From Candidatus Velthaea sp. (GTDB lineage Bacteria > Vulcanimicrobiota > Vulcanimicrobiia > Vulcanimicrobiales > Vulcanimicrobiaceae), in contig JBEKHC010000009.1 in the NCBI GenBank assembly GCA_050012475.1, positions 1 to 64,000 of the forward strand: a stretch of 64,000 nucleotides of DNA. Direction: 5' to 3'. The notes below the pieces were generated by a model, which had not been told where the DNA came from, did no database searches, and saw nothing but the letters and a program-made list of their open reading frames with translations. Within the stretch, counting starts at the first letter, position 1. Each line of letters starts with the position of its first letter. A program made the translations under genes and the position numbers. Below, piece by piece: positions 26,275 through 35,842 of this stretch.

Positions 26275-28965
26275 ATGGGTTTAATGGTGAACCCCATCGA
26301 GGCGCTGTTTCGACCGCGCAGCATCGCGGTCATCGGCGCGACCAACAAGCCGCCCAAGCGCGGGGCCGGCGTCTTCGTCAACCTGATGGCGAACGCGTGT
26401 GGCGCCACGGTGTATCCGGTGAATCCGCAACACGCGACAGTGTTTGACCAGATCTGTTACCCTTCGATCCTGGATGTGCCCGGCCGCGTCGATCTGGCGG
26501 TGATCGCAACGCATGCGAGCGCGATCCCGGAAATCGTCGGCCAGTGCATCGCGGCCAAGGTCCGAGCCGCGATCGGGCTGGCCTCGACATTCCGGGAACG
26601 GGGACCTGACGGCGGCGGGACGTTGGACGATGCGCTTCTCGAGCGAGCCCGCGCCGGCGGGCTGCGCATCCTTGGGCCGAATTCTTTGGGTCTGATGTTG
26701 CCTGGACTCAACGTGACGTTTGCAAAGACGGCGGCGAAACCGGGTACCGTTGCCTTCGCGAGTCAAAGTGCATCGCTTTGCGCGTCGATTCTGGACTGGA
26801 GCCTCACGCAAGGGTTCGGGTTGAGCGCATTCATCTCGATGGGTTCGATGCTTGACGTCGGTTGGGGCGACGTCATCGGCTATCTGGGCGACGACTCGCG
26901 CACCAAGAGCATCGTGCTGTTTATGGAGTCGGTCGGCGATGCACGGTCGTTTCTGTCCGCTGCGCGCGCAGTCGCACAAACCAAGCCGATCATCGTCCTC
27001 AAGGCTGGCCGCAGCGAGGACGCGGCAAAAGTGGCGGCATCGCATACGGGCAAGCTCACCGGCAGCGACGAGGTCCTCGATGCGGCATTCCGCCGGTGTG
27101 GTGTGTTGCGCGTTGAGACGATCGGCGAACTCTTTGCGATGGCCGAGGTGTTGGCGAAACAGCCTCGGCCCCGAGGGAACCGTTTGGCGATCGTCACCAA
27201 CGCCGGCGGTGCGGCGGTCCTGGCGGTCGACGCGCTCATTGGAGGTGGTGGCCAGACGGCCTCGCTGGACGAATCGACACGAAATCAACTCGATGTGCAA
27301 CTGGCACCGTTCTGGAGTCGCTCGAACCCCATCGATATCCACGGCGACGCCACATCCGAGGATTTCGCCAAAGCAGTCGAAACTGCCGCGGCTGACGCGG
27401 GCAACGATGGAATCCTCGTCACGTTCTCACCGCAAGCCGGACAGGGGGCAGTCGAGGTGGCGCAGCGGCTGATACCGTTTGCCAAGCTGCCGCACAAGCC
27501 GATTCTTGCAAGCTGGATGGGTGGTGCCGATGTGGCAGACGGGACGGGTGTGTTGGAACGAGCCGGCATTCCGACCTTCGGCTTCCCCGACGCTGCTGCG
27601 CGGATATTTAATTACATGTGGCGCTACGACGCGAACTTGCTCGCGCTCTTTGAGACGCCGGCGGCTTTGCCCGAAGAGCTTGCGCCCGACCGCGCTGCCG
27701 TCAGCGCCCTGTTCGCACGGGCGCGGGCCGATCGGCGGACGGTCCTCACTGCCGCAGAATCGGTGTGTCTGCTCGAGGCGTACGAGATTCCAAGTGTCCC
27801 GACGCGGGTCGCAAGCACTCCGGAGGCAGCCGTCGCTGCGGCAGAGTCGTTCGGCTTTCCAGTGGCAGTAAAGTTGCGGTCCGACACCGTTCTGCATAAG
27901 GCTGACGTCGGCGGCATCCGACTGAGTGTTCGCGACGCCGGTGGGGTCGCGCAGGCGTTTGCCGATATTGCTGCGGCGGCCCGCGCCGAGGCACAGCCGG
28001 GCGCCTTCCAAGGCGTGGTGGTCCAGCCGATGATCGCCACCGAAGACGGCTACAACCTCATTCTCGGGAGCAGCGTCGACCCGCAGTTTGGCCCTGTGCT
28101 CCTGTTCGGCTACGGCGGCAGGTTGGTCGAAATTCTTCGCGACCAAGCGCTCGGGTTACCGCCACTGAACGAGACGCTCGCACGCCGCATGATCGAAGGA
28201 ACCCGAATCTCCAAGGCGTTGGCCAACACGCTCGGCCGGCGCGGAGTCGACAAAGGCGCACTCGCGCGTCTGCTCGTCCGGTTCAGCGCGTTGATCGTCG
28301 ATCAGCCGCGCATCAAAGAGCTGGACATCAACCCGTTCTTCGCCACGCGCAACTCATTCATCGCGCTCGACACGCGCGTCGTGCTGCATCCATTCGAGTT
28401 CGCCGACGATGCGTTGCCGCGACCGGCGATTCGGCCGTACCCGTCGGAGTATGTCGGGACGTGCACCTTGCCTGACGGCACCGTCTTGATGGTTCGACCC
28501 ATCCGGCCGGAGGACGAGCACTTGATGCGGCCCTTTCACGAAAAGATTTCCGACGAGAGCGTGTACACTCGCTACACGCACGCTTTTCGCTTAGCGGGCC
28601 GCATCGCGCACGAATATCTCTCGCGCATGTGCTTCATCGACTACCTGCAAGAGATGGCCCTCGTCGCTGTCTCTGCCAATGCGGCAGGAGAACCGGAGAT
28701 CGTGGGCGTCGGACGATTGCTCATGGAGCGCAACCGCAATGAAGCCGAATTCGCGGTGCTCATTACCGACGAGTTTCAGCGCCGTGGGATGGGCACTGAG
28801 CTCCTGCGCCAACTCGTCGAGATCGGGCGGAAGGAGCACGTCTCTCGCATCGTCGGTTATATTTTGACTACTAATTCCGCGATGCTTCATGCTTGCAAAC
28901 ACCTTGGGTTTCGTCACGAACACGAACTCGGCGACGAGATGGTTCGGTCGATCATCGACCTTTGA
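26275..28965 (+). CDS. Bifunctional acyl-CoA synthetase (NDP-forming)-like/GNAT protein lysine acetyltransferase (Pat family)
   Basis: LFRPRSIAVIGA, GPNSLG, SHTG, TNAGG, HKADVGG, DPQFGP, and a C-terminal GNAT (RPIRPED, AEFAVLI...QRRGMG). Confidence 0.92.
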   Translation: MGLMVNPIEALFRPRSIAVIGATNKPPKRGAGVFVNLMANACGATVYPVNPQHATVFDQICYPSILDVPGRVDLAVIATHASAIPEIVGQCIAAKVRAAIGLASTFRERGPDGGGTLDDALLERARAGGLRILGPNSLGLMLPGLNVTFAKTAAKPGTVAFASQSASLCASILDWSLTQGFGLSAFISMGSMLDVGWGDVIGYLGDDSRTKSIVLFMESVGDARSFLSAARAVAQTKPIIVLKAGRSEDAAKVAASHTGKLTGSDEVLDAAFRRCGVLRVETIGELFAMAEVLAKQPRPRGNRLAIVTNAGGAAVLAVDALIGGGGQTASLDESTRNQLDVQLAPFWSRSNPIDIHGDATSEDFAKAVETAAADAGNDGILVTFSPQAGQGAVEVAQRLIPFAKLPHKPILASWMGGADVADGTGVLERAGIPTFGFPDAAARIFNYMWRYDANLLALFETPAALPEELAPDRAAVSALFARARADRRTVLTAAESVCLLEAYEIPSVPTRVASTPEAAVAAAESFGFPVAVKLRSDTVLHKADVGGIRLSVRDAGGVAQAFADIAAAARAEAQPGAFQGVVVQPMIATEDGYNLILGSSVDPQFGPVLLFGYGGRLVEILRDQALGLPPLNETLARRMIEGTRISKALANTLGRRGVDKGALARLLVRFSALIVDQPRIKELDINPFFATRNSFIALDTRVVLHPFEFADDALPRPAIRPYPSEYVGTCTLPDGTVLMVRPIRPEDEHLMRPFHEKISDESVYTRYTHAFRLAGRIAHEYLSRMCFIDYLQEMALVAVSANAAGEPEIVGVGRLLMERNRNEAEFAVLITDEFQRRGMGTELLRQLVEIGRKEHVSRIVGYILTTNSAMLHACKHLGFRHEHELGDEMVRSIIDL

Positions 28966-29261
28966 CCGCAAGCTGACACCACTCAGGCATCGCTTAAACG
29001 CCGTGCGAGAGGCTTTGAAGGCGTGGCTCGTCGCTCCGGAAGCGCGATCCGTGACGATCTGTAGTGCGCTCCTCTGCCTTGCTTCGAGCAGCAGGTTCGT
29101 AGAGGCCATTGCGACCGCTCTGCGGCGAGTGGCGCCACCGCGATCGCTGCGCCGCAGGTTTCGGCGGCTATCCGAAATCCAGACCGTCGATCTGGGCGGC
29201 CGGCCAGGCGCGCAGCTTCTCAGGCTTGCTTCGAATGGTCATATCCGTTAGACTAGGTCGT

Positions 29262-29528
29262 GTGAACAAGACTATCGGCATTGCGGAAGCGAAGGCTCGG
29301 CTTTCCGAAGTGATCGATCGTGTGGAATCGGGCGAAACGATAATTATCGCGCGTAACGGAGCACCCGTTGCGGAGCTGAGGCCGCTGGGGAAAGTGTCTC
29401 CCGAGGACGCCGTAAGGCGGATTCGGGCGATCGGGCTTCGGGTGGCCAAGCGAAATCGGGGCAAGGACTCTTGGCCGCCCAGCGGGACGAGTCTGCGTGA
29501 CGTCGCCCACGATCGACACCGCTTCTAA
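29262..29528 (+). CDS. Phd/YefM family antitoxin
   Basis: IGIAEAKARLSEVIDRVESGETIIIARNGAPVAEL. Confidence 0.88.
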   Translation: MNKTIGIAEAKARLSEVIDRVESGETIIIARNGAPVAELRPLGKVSPEDAVRRIRAIGLRVAKRNRGKDSWPPSGTSLRDVAHDRHRF

Positions 29529-29529
29529 C

Positions 29530-29885
29530 ATGGCGGTAGTCGTCGATGTTTCGATCGCGGCGAAATGGTTTCTCCCCGATGAACGTAGCCAAGCCGCTGG
29601 CACTTTGCTCGATCGCGTCTCAAAAGGCGGGGCGTACGTTCCGGCATTCTTTCGCTGGGAGTCGATGCTGCCTTGGAATCGCTGCGGGACCTGCCCATCG
29701 CCTTCGAACCTGCGGGCGACCGCTTCTTCTCCGGGAACGAAGTTCGGCTTGCACGTCACTATGACTTGACCCCTTATGATGCCGCGTATTTGTGCCTTGC
29801 GGCAAGCCGCAATATTCCGCTGGCCACAACGGATGCCGCCCTGGCTCGGGCCGCACGTGACCTCGGTCTCGTCGTTGTACCCTAA
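29530..29885 (+). pseudogene. VapC (PIN domain) toxin disrupted by an internal deletion/frameshift
   Basis: MAVVVDVSIAAKWFLPDE...FFRWE, then at ~29660 a different frame VDAALESL...LTPYDAAYL.LA...LATTD; one helix is missing. Confidence 0.8.
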
Positions 29886-29897
29886 CGGCAAGGCGTC

Positions 29898-30989
29898 ATG
29901 AGGAGGCAGACCATCGACCGTCGAGCGGCGGGTGTTTCGTCGGAGGCGCTTCGCGTCAAACGCGTGTGGTGGCTTCCGAGTATCTGTCTCCTCTCGCTCG
30001 TGCTCACCGCTGCGGCAACCGCCCTCGCGCGGGCTTTTCCTCTGCCGTCGTTTCCGCGGTACGCGCCCATCGACCGCCCGGGACCGGCGGTCACCGTTTC
30101 GGAAGCCGCGGTTGAACGGAACCTCTTCTGTTGGCATCCGCCGGCGCCGCGCGGCCGACCCGTTCTGCTGGTTCCTGGAACGGGCACGATTCCTAGCGTC
30201 GACTATGCCTGGAACTACGAACGGGCGTTCCGGAAGACCGGCGTCGCGTGGTGTGCGCTCACATTGCCGGCGAGCGCGAACGGCGACATCCAGACCGCCG
30301 GCGAATACATCGTTGCCGCGACCCGGGTGATGGCGAAGGCGAGCCGCTCGAAGATCGACATCGTGGGTTGGAGTCAAGGCGGCATGGTACCGCGCTGGGC
30401 GCTTCGATTTTGGCCCGACACGCGGACACTCGTTGCAAACGTCGTCGGACTCGCTCCGTCAAACCACGGAACCACCGCCGTTGCCGGAGTCTGTCGTTCG
30501 TCGTGTCTGCCGGCATTGCGGCAGCAAGGCAGAGCGTCGCGCTTCATCTTTGCACTCAATAGCTATGCCGAAACGTTTCCGGGTATCGCCTACACGAACA
30601 TTTACACGCGTCACGATGATATCGTCATACCGAATCTGGATGCGACGGGAAGTTCAGCGCTGCACACGGGCGCCGGCGTCATCTCGAACGTCGCCCTTCA
30701 GGACGTCTGCCCGCAGAATAAGGCGCGCCATTTCGCCATCGGAACGTACGATCCGGTTGCCTACGCGCTTGTCACGGATGCGCTTTCACATAGCGGTCAG
30801 GGCGCGTCCGCGGCGCGGCTTTCGCGGGCGGTTTGTCGGCAGAGCTACCAGGCCGGGGTAAACCCCGCGGCATTCCGGCGCGATTTCGCTGCGCTCAACG
30901 CGTTTGTCGCCGCAAATCGGTACGTCGGCGGCACCAGCCGGTCCGAGCCGCCGCTGGCGCCATATGTATTTGCGTCAGATCGCAGATAA
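29898..30989 (+). CDS. Secreted lipase, CALB-like alpha/beta hydrolase
   Basis: PVLLVPGTG, DIQTAGEYIV, GWSQGG, RWALRFWP, LAPSNHGT, YTNIY. Confidence 0.85.
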   Translation: MRRQTIDRRAAGVSSEALRVKRVWWLPSICLLSLVLTAAATALARAFPLPSFPRYAPIDRPGPAVTVSEAAVERNLFCWHPPAPRGRPVLLVPGTGTIPSVDYAWNYERAFRKTGVAWCALTLPASANGDIQTAGEYIVAATRVMAKASRSKIDIVGWSQGGMVPRWALRFWPDTRTLVANVVGLAPSNHGTTAVAGVCRSSCLPALRQQGRASRFIFALNSYAETFPGIAYTNIYTRHDDIVIPNLDATGSSALHTGAGVISNVALQDVCPQNKARHFAIGTYDPVAYALVTDALSHSGQGASAARLSRAVCRQSYQAGVNPAAFRRDFAALNAFVAANRYVGGTSRSEPPLAPYVFASDRR

Positions 30990-31120
30990 CGCACGCGCGT
31001 TTGCGCATACCGAACATTCGTAGCCGTCAACCAGGTGCGCTACGGTCAGCGATAAGGACGAAAGAAGGCGCGAATCTCGGCGGCCAAGAGACCGGGTTGC
31101 TCGATATGAAAGCGCGGCGG

Positions 31121-31591
31121 TCAGCCAGCAGCACCCTCGAGCGCGTCGAACCGCACGCGCGCCCGCAGTACGACGGGGTGGCTGCGCTCCGCCCACTCCA
31201 CGAGGGCGCTCATCGACTCGAGGAGCGATTCACCCAGCTCGGTCAAGCGGTATTCAACGCTCGGCGGTTTGGTCGCGAACACGTGGCGCGAAATCATGCC
31301 GTCGCGTTCGAGCGAGCGCAGCGTCTGGGTCAGCATCCGCTTCGAGATGTCGGGGACCGCGCGCCGCACCGCGCTGAAACGCAGCGGCTTAGCTGCGAGC
31401 GACATGAGAATGAGCGTCGACCACTTGTCCCCGATGGAGTCGAGCAGATCGCGCGTGGGGCAAAGCCATCCCTCCAAGCTCCGGCGCTGCCAATCAGCAA
31501 AATACGCGGCGAAGCGCGCGCGCGCCGCGCCATGGGGTTCCTTCGGGGTAACCTCGGCACCATTTTCTGCCTCATTGTGGCTGACGACCAT
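31121..31591 (-). CDS. HxlR family transcriptional regulator
   Basis: [15 protein letters not shown]...[17 protein letters not shown]...PPSVEYRLT. Confidence 0.9.
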   Translation of the reverse strand: MVVSHNEAENGAEVTPKEPHGAARARFAAYFADWQRRSLEGWLCPTRDLLDSIGDKWSTLILMSLAAKPLRFSAVRRAVPDISKRMLTQTLRSLERDGMISRHVFATKPPSVEYRLTELGESLLESMSALVEWAERSHPVVLRARVRFDALEGAAG

Positions 31592-31639
31592 GGTCTCTAT
31601 TATAGTCCAATCCTCAATTCGTTTCCTGGAAGGGACACC

Positions 31640-32507
31640 ATGTCAGCGAACAAACCACCGCCTCCTCATTACCAGAGCAAGCGGTCAGCTCGGCCGCCTC
31701 GTCATCGAACACCTGCGCCGACCCCACCCCGATGCCGACATCACGGCAATGGTCCGCACTCCGCAAGCAGCGGACGTGCTCGCGCCATTTAGCGTCACGA
31801 CGCGGAAAGCCGATTATACCGATCCCGCGTCGCTCGACGCGGCCCTGACCGGCATCGATCGGGTACTGTTGATCTCATCAAGCGTCCTTGGTAAGCGCGC
31901 TGCGCACCATAAGAACGTCATCGAGGCGGCAATGCGGTCCAGCGTGTCGCTCATCGCTTACACCAGCATTTTGCGAGCCGACACGTCGGAGCTGAGCCTC
32001 GCTGCCGAACATTTGGCAACCGAAAAGATGTTGCGCGAGACCGGACTGCCGTACGTCCTATTGCGCAACGGCTGGTACCTAGAGAACGATACCGCGATGC
32101 TTGCGCCGGCGGTCGCGAACGGCGCAATCATCGGCAGCGCCGGCGACGGACGACTTTCGTCCGCGAGCCGATCGAACTATGCGGAGGCGGCAGCATTGGT
32201 CCTGCTGCACGGGGCGCCCGCCGGTACCATCTACGAACTTGCCGGCGACGAAGCGTTCACGTTGACGCAGCTTGCGGCGTCGGTGAGCCAACGAACTGGA
32301 AAGACGGTTGGCTATCGGAACATGAGCGAGGTGGAATACCGCGCGGCCTTGCTCGGCATGGGTCTACCGGACGCTGTGGCGACGATGCTCGCGGAAACCA
32401 GTGCTCGCACGGCGAAGGGCGCCCTCGAAGATCACGGTCGCGTGCTGAGCCGCCTTATAGGCCATCCCACGACACCGCTCGCCGACGCCGTAGCCGCCGT
32501 TGTATAA
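31640..32507 (+). pseudogene. NmrA-like/SDR NAD(P)H:quinone oxidoreductase (YtfG/QorB-like) with a 5' frameshift
   Basis: ATG at 31640 (after GGAAGGGA) is out of frame with RLLITRASGQLG...LLISSS...YTS...LRNGWYLEN; the Rossmann Gly is replaced by Arg. Confidence 0.75.
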
Positions 32508-32508
32508 C

Positions 32509-32954
32509 GTGGTTGACGGACGAGCATTCCTGCTGTGGCTTCATGTCGGCGCGATGATGCTCGCGTTCGCGGGTTGCCGATTGCCGGAGTTATCTTTCGG
32601 GTGATCGTGCAGCACCTCGATGAGCAACGGGTATTGCAGATGCTGGCTACCGCCTTCAGTCGCATCTTCGCAGCCGGCGGCGTATCGGTCGGGATAGGAG
32701 TGCTGTCCGGTGTGTTGCTTGCGCATACATACGGTTACGCGTCTGGCTGGCTCGTGCTGTGCTATGTGCTTTCAACAATTGCGGCGCTCATCGGTATTCT
32801 GATCGACGAACCGTGGTCGCGACGCCTCGCCTCTGTGGACCGCCAAAATTTACCGCTCGTCCGTAGCGCGTTGCTGCCACGTGTCGCCGCTCCACTCGGA
32901 ATCGCCGTTTGGCTCTCCATTCTCTGGCTGACGATTGCGAAGCCATCCCTATAA
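32509..32954 (+). pseudogene. DUF2269-like membrane protein, frameshifted
   Basis: GTG frame FLLWLHVGAMMLAFAG shifts at a G-run (~32570) into LPIAGVIF...GWL...LWLTIAKP. Confidence 0.6.
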
Positions 32955-33267
32955 TGCTCCTGCAAAGTCGCCGTTTATCGCTGGGATCCGGAGCGGCCGG
33001 AAACTGATCTGGTCCGAGCGCCGGTGACGTGCCCCAGTGGTAATCGCCAGTCGTCATCATGGACTTGTCTTCCGGAAATCGCCACCCTGAGGTCAAAGAG
33101 AAACGGCAAACTCGAGCGAACGATCTCAGGTGGTGTGGATGCGAATCTTCAACTCAGGACACGGCAAGCAGAAGTGAGCGTGGTTCGACACGGAACTTAT
33201 GCCGAACTGGTCCACGATTGAATCGCGACAGAACGGCCGTCACGCGCCGGTATGCTTTCCCAGTCAG

Positions 33268-34221
33268 ATGAGACGCAGTGTCTGGATCTCAATCGTCGTC
33301 CTCGCCATCCCCATCGTTGCGAGCGCCGACATCTTCGCAAGCTTTGCGCATGACCTGACGGCCGCGCGCGCCCGCCTCGTCGGTCACAGCGAGACGATCC
33401 AGACGTCGTTCGGTACCTTGGAATACGCTACGATTGGCGAGGGCGAGCCGATACTCGCCGTCCACGGTGCCGGCGGCGGCTTCGATCAGGGCATCGATAT
33501 GACCGGTGCGCTCGTCAGGCAAGGATATCGGCTCATCGTGCCGTCCCGTTTTGGTTATCTTCGTTCGGCCATGCCCGCCAACCCCACGACGGCGATGCAG
33601 GCCGATGCTTACGTCCAACTTCTCGACCGTCTTGGCATGAACAAGGTGGTGGTCATCGCCATTTCTGCCGGCGCATGGTCTTCGATGCAGTTCGCGATCC
33701 GGCACCCGGGACGCTGTCGGGCGCTCGTGCTTCTGGTTCCGGCGAATTACTTGCCGGCGGGCACGTCCATTCACGGCGGCCCGTTTGCCCAGGCAATTTT
33801 TGAGTCCGATTTTCTCGCCTGGGCAGCCCTGAAATTGATGCCGCTCATGCCTGGCGCAATGACCCAGATGATGCTTGGCACGGACGCCTCCGTTTTGCGC
33901 AGCGCCGAGCCGAGCGAGAAGGCGCGCGTTCAGCAAATTCTCGACCACCTTCTGCCGGTAAGCCTGCGCTCCGGAGGAATGCAGTTCGACGTAAAGACTG
34001 CCGCCACGCGCGCGCCCTACCGGATCGACAAGATCGGCTGCCCGGTTCTGGCGGTCAGTGCCCGCGACGATCGGTTCGGCACCGCCGGTCGCGCGACGTC
34101 TATCGCAGCTAACGTGCCTTACGGCAAGGCGATGATCTTTCCGACCGGCGGCCATGCCTTGGTCGGTCGCTCGGCCGAGACGCTCCGCGCGATCACGTCC
34201 TTCCTCCGAAGCGTGCGGTAG
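33268..34221 (+). CDS. Alpha/beta fold hydrolase with N-terminal signal/anchor
   Basis: VHGAGGGFDQG, SRFGYLRS, AISAG nucleophile elbow, GGH. Confidence 0.85.
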   Translation: MRRSVWISIVVLAIPIVASADIFASFAHDLTAARARLVGHSETIQTSFGTLEYATIGEGEPILAVHGAGGGFDQGIDMTGALVRQGYRLIVPSRFGYLRSAMPANPTTAMQADAYVQLLDRLGMNKVVVIAISAGAWSSMQFAIRHPGRCRALVLLVPANYLPAGTSIHGGPFAQAIFESDFLAWAALKLMPLMPGAMTQMMLGTDASVLRSAEPSEKARVQQILDHLLPVSLRSGGMQFDVKTAATRAPYRIDKIGCPVLAVSARDDRFGTAGRATSIAANVPYGKAMIFPTGGHALVGRSAETLRAITSFLRSVR

Positions 34222-34521
34222 CGGACGGGCATCGGCGCGCGCGGCCGCGGTGAATCTGGGTCAAACATGACTCGATCGAGCTGATCGACGATCTGAGCGC
34301 GTCCTTGCCGGCCCGTGCCCAGGGCCCATGCCGCAGGCGCCTACACCGTAGGACAAAGCAAGTATTCTCCAGCTGTGTGTCCGGAATTCTCCGTTACCAG
34401 CCTGTAACCGCCGAGCCGTATCGTCAGAGCCGTCAGCGGTTCGCCCTAGCGACCCGCTCCACACCCGGCGCACGATTCATGCTGCGCCTCACTCGGCGTA
34501 TGCCGCAAGAGGATCATCACC

Positions 34522-35127
34522 ATGCAATTGCTCAAACTCGCGCAAGCACTTGGGGTTACCGGCTCGCTGTTGCTGACCGCCACGACCGGCGCGTTTGCCT
34601 CCAATCGCATCCAATTTCCCATGGCCGTGTCAGCCGGCGCCAAAGCCTGTCTGCCGCACGCTGCCGGGCTTGTGACCGACGTTTCGGTCGGGCCGGTCGA
34701 GGAGCTGAAAGTCCAAGTCGCCGGCTTGCCCAAGAACACCGACTTCGATTTCTTCGTCATCCAAGACCCGGTTGCGCCCTTTGGGCTGTCTTGGTATCAG
34801 GGCGACATCGAAACGGACGCGCACGGCGAGGGCTCAGGCTATTTCATCGGCCGATTCAGCGTCGAAACGTTCATCGTCGCGCCCAACGTCACGGCCGCAC
34901 CGCTGGTGTTCAATAACCTGCCGTTCCCGGACGCGAGCGCGAATCCGAAGACCGGCCCCGTCCAGCTGTACCATCTCGGGCTGTGGTTCAACGCCCCGTC
35001 CGACGCAGCGCACGCCGGTTGCGCGCCAACCGTCACGCCCTTCAACGGCACGCACAACGCGGGCATCCAGGCCCTCAATACCGCGAACTTCCCGGCGCTT
35101 CGAGGGCCGCTCTTCTACCTGCACTAA
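34522..35127 (+). CDS. Secreted hypothetical protein
   Basis: Signal peptide (AFA); HLGLWFN...PFNGTHNAGIQALNT; AGAGGA RBS. Confidence 0.75.
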   Translation: MQLLKLAQALGVTGSLLLTATTGAFASNRIQFPMAVSAGAKACLPHAAGLVTDVSVGPVEELKVQVAGLPKNTDFDFFVIQDPVAPFGLSWYQGDIETDAHGEGSGYFIGRFSVETFIVAPNVTAAPLVFNNLPFPDASANPKTGPVQLYHLGLWFNAPSDAAHAGCAPTVTPFNGTHNAGIQALNTANFPALRGPLFYLH

Positions 35128-35191
35128 GTGCGCCGCATTCCGGAGGACGAGCTCCGCGGCTCGTCCTCCGCCAGAAACGAAAGGAACTTCG

Positions 35192-35842
35192 ATGCATACG
35201 AACATTCGACGAAGCGTCATTGCGTTCGCTCTTCTTCTCTCGGTCGCCGCAGTTACGCCGATCGCGCGCGCCGCCGATGAGCCGGCCCGAGGCGACTACG
35301 TGGGCCAACTACAGGGACTCGAACGCGGCGCCATCGCGATCTCGACCGACGGCCGCAGCGTTCTCGCTTATGTGTGCGACGGCACCGCCGAACACGTGAC
35401 GGTCGCGCAGTGGTTCAAAGGAACCCCGTCGGCCAACACGCTATCGTTGGGCGCCGGCAGAGCGACCCTGGACGCACGACTCGATACAGATCGCGCCAGC
35501 GGAACGGTCACGCTCGCGGACGGACGAACCTTCGCATTCCGGGCCGTCGCGGTCGCAGATCCGGCCGCTAGCGCGGGTCTATTTCGCAGCGAGCTGGATA
35601 GCGGCGGCCACCACTACATCGCCGGCTGGATCGAGGAACCGGCCCGCACCGAACTGCAGCCGGCACAAGTAACCTTCGCGGACGGCTGGATCGACTGGTC
35701 GAACGCCGGCGCCCTCGGCGGCATCATCGACGAGTTGCGTTTCCCGCGGGTGGCTCCGACGATCGGACCGGCGACGACGCGGATCGCATCGCCAATCGGC
35801 GAATTGGACGTTCGCCGTGTCCGTCAAGGCCGGACGGAGTAA
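35192..35842 (+). CDS. Secreted hypothetical protein (beta-rich)
   Basis: AAAGGA RBS, signal peptide (ARA), AYVCDG...WFKG motif. Confidence 0.7.
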   Translation: MHTNIRRSVIAFALLLSVAAVTPIARAADEPARGDYVGQLQGLERGAIAISTDGRSVLAYVCDGTAEHVTVAQWFKGTPSANTLSLGAGRATLDARLDTDRASGTVTLADGRTFAFRAVAVADPAASAGLFRSELDSGGHHYIAGWIEEPARTELQPAQVTFADGWIDWSNAGALGGIIDELRFPRVAPTIGPATTRIASPIGELDVRRVRQGRTE

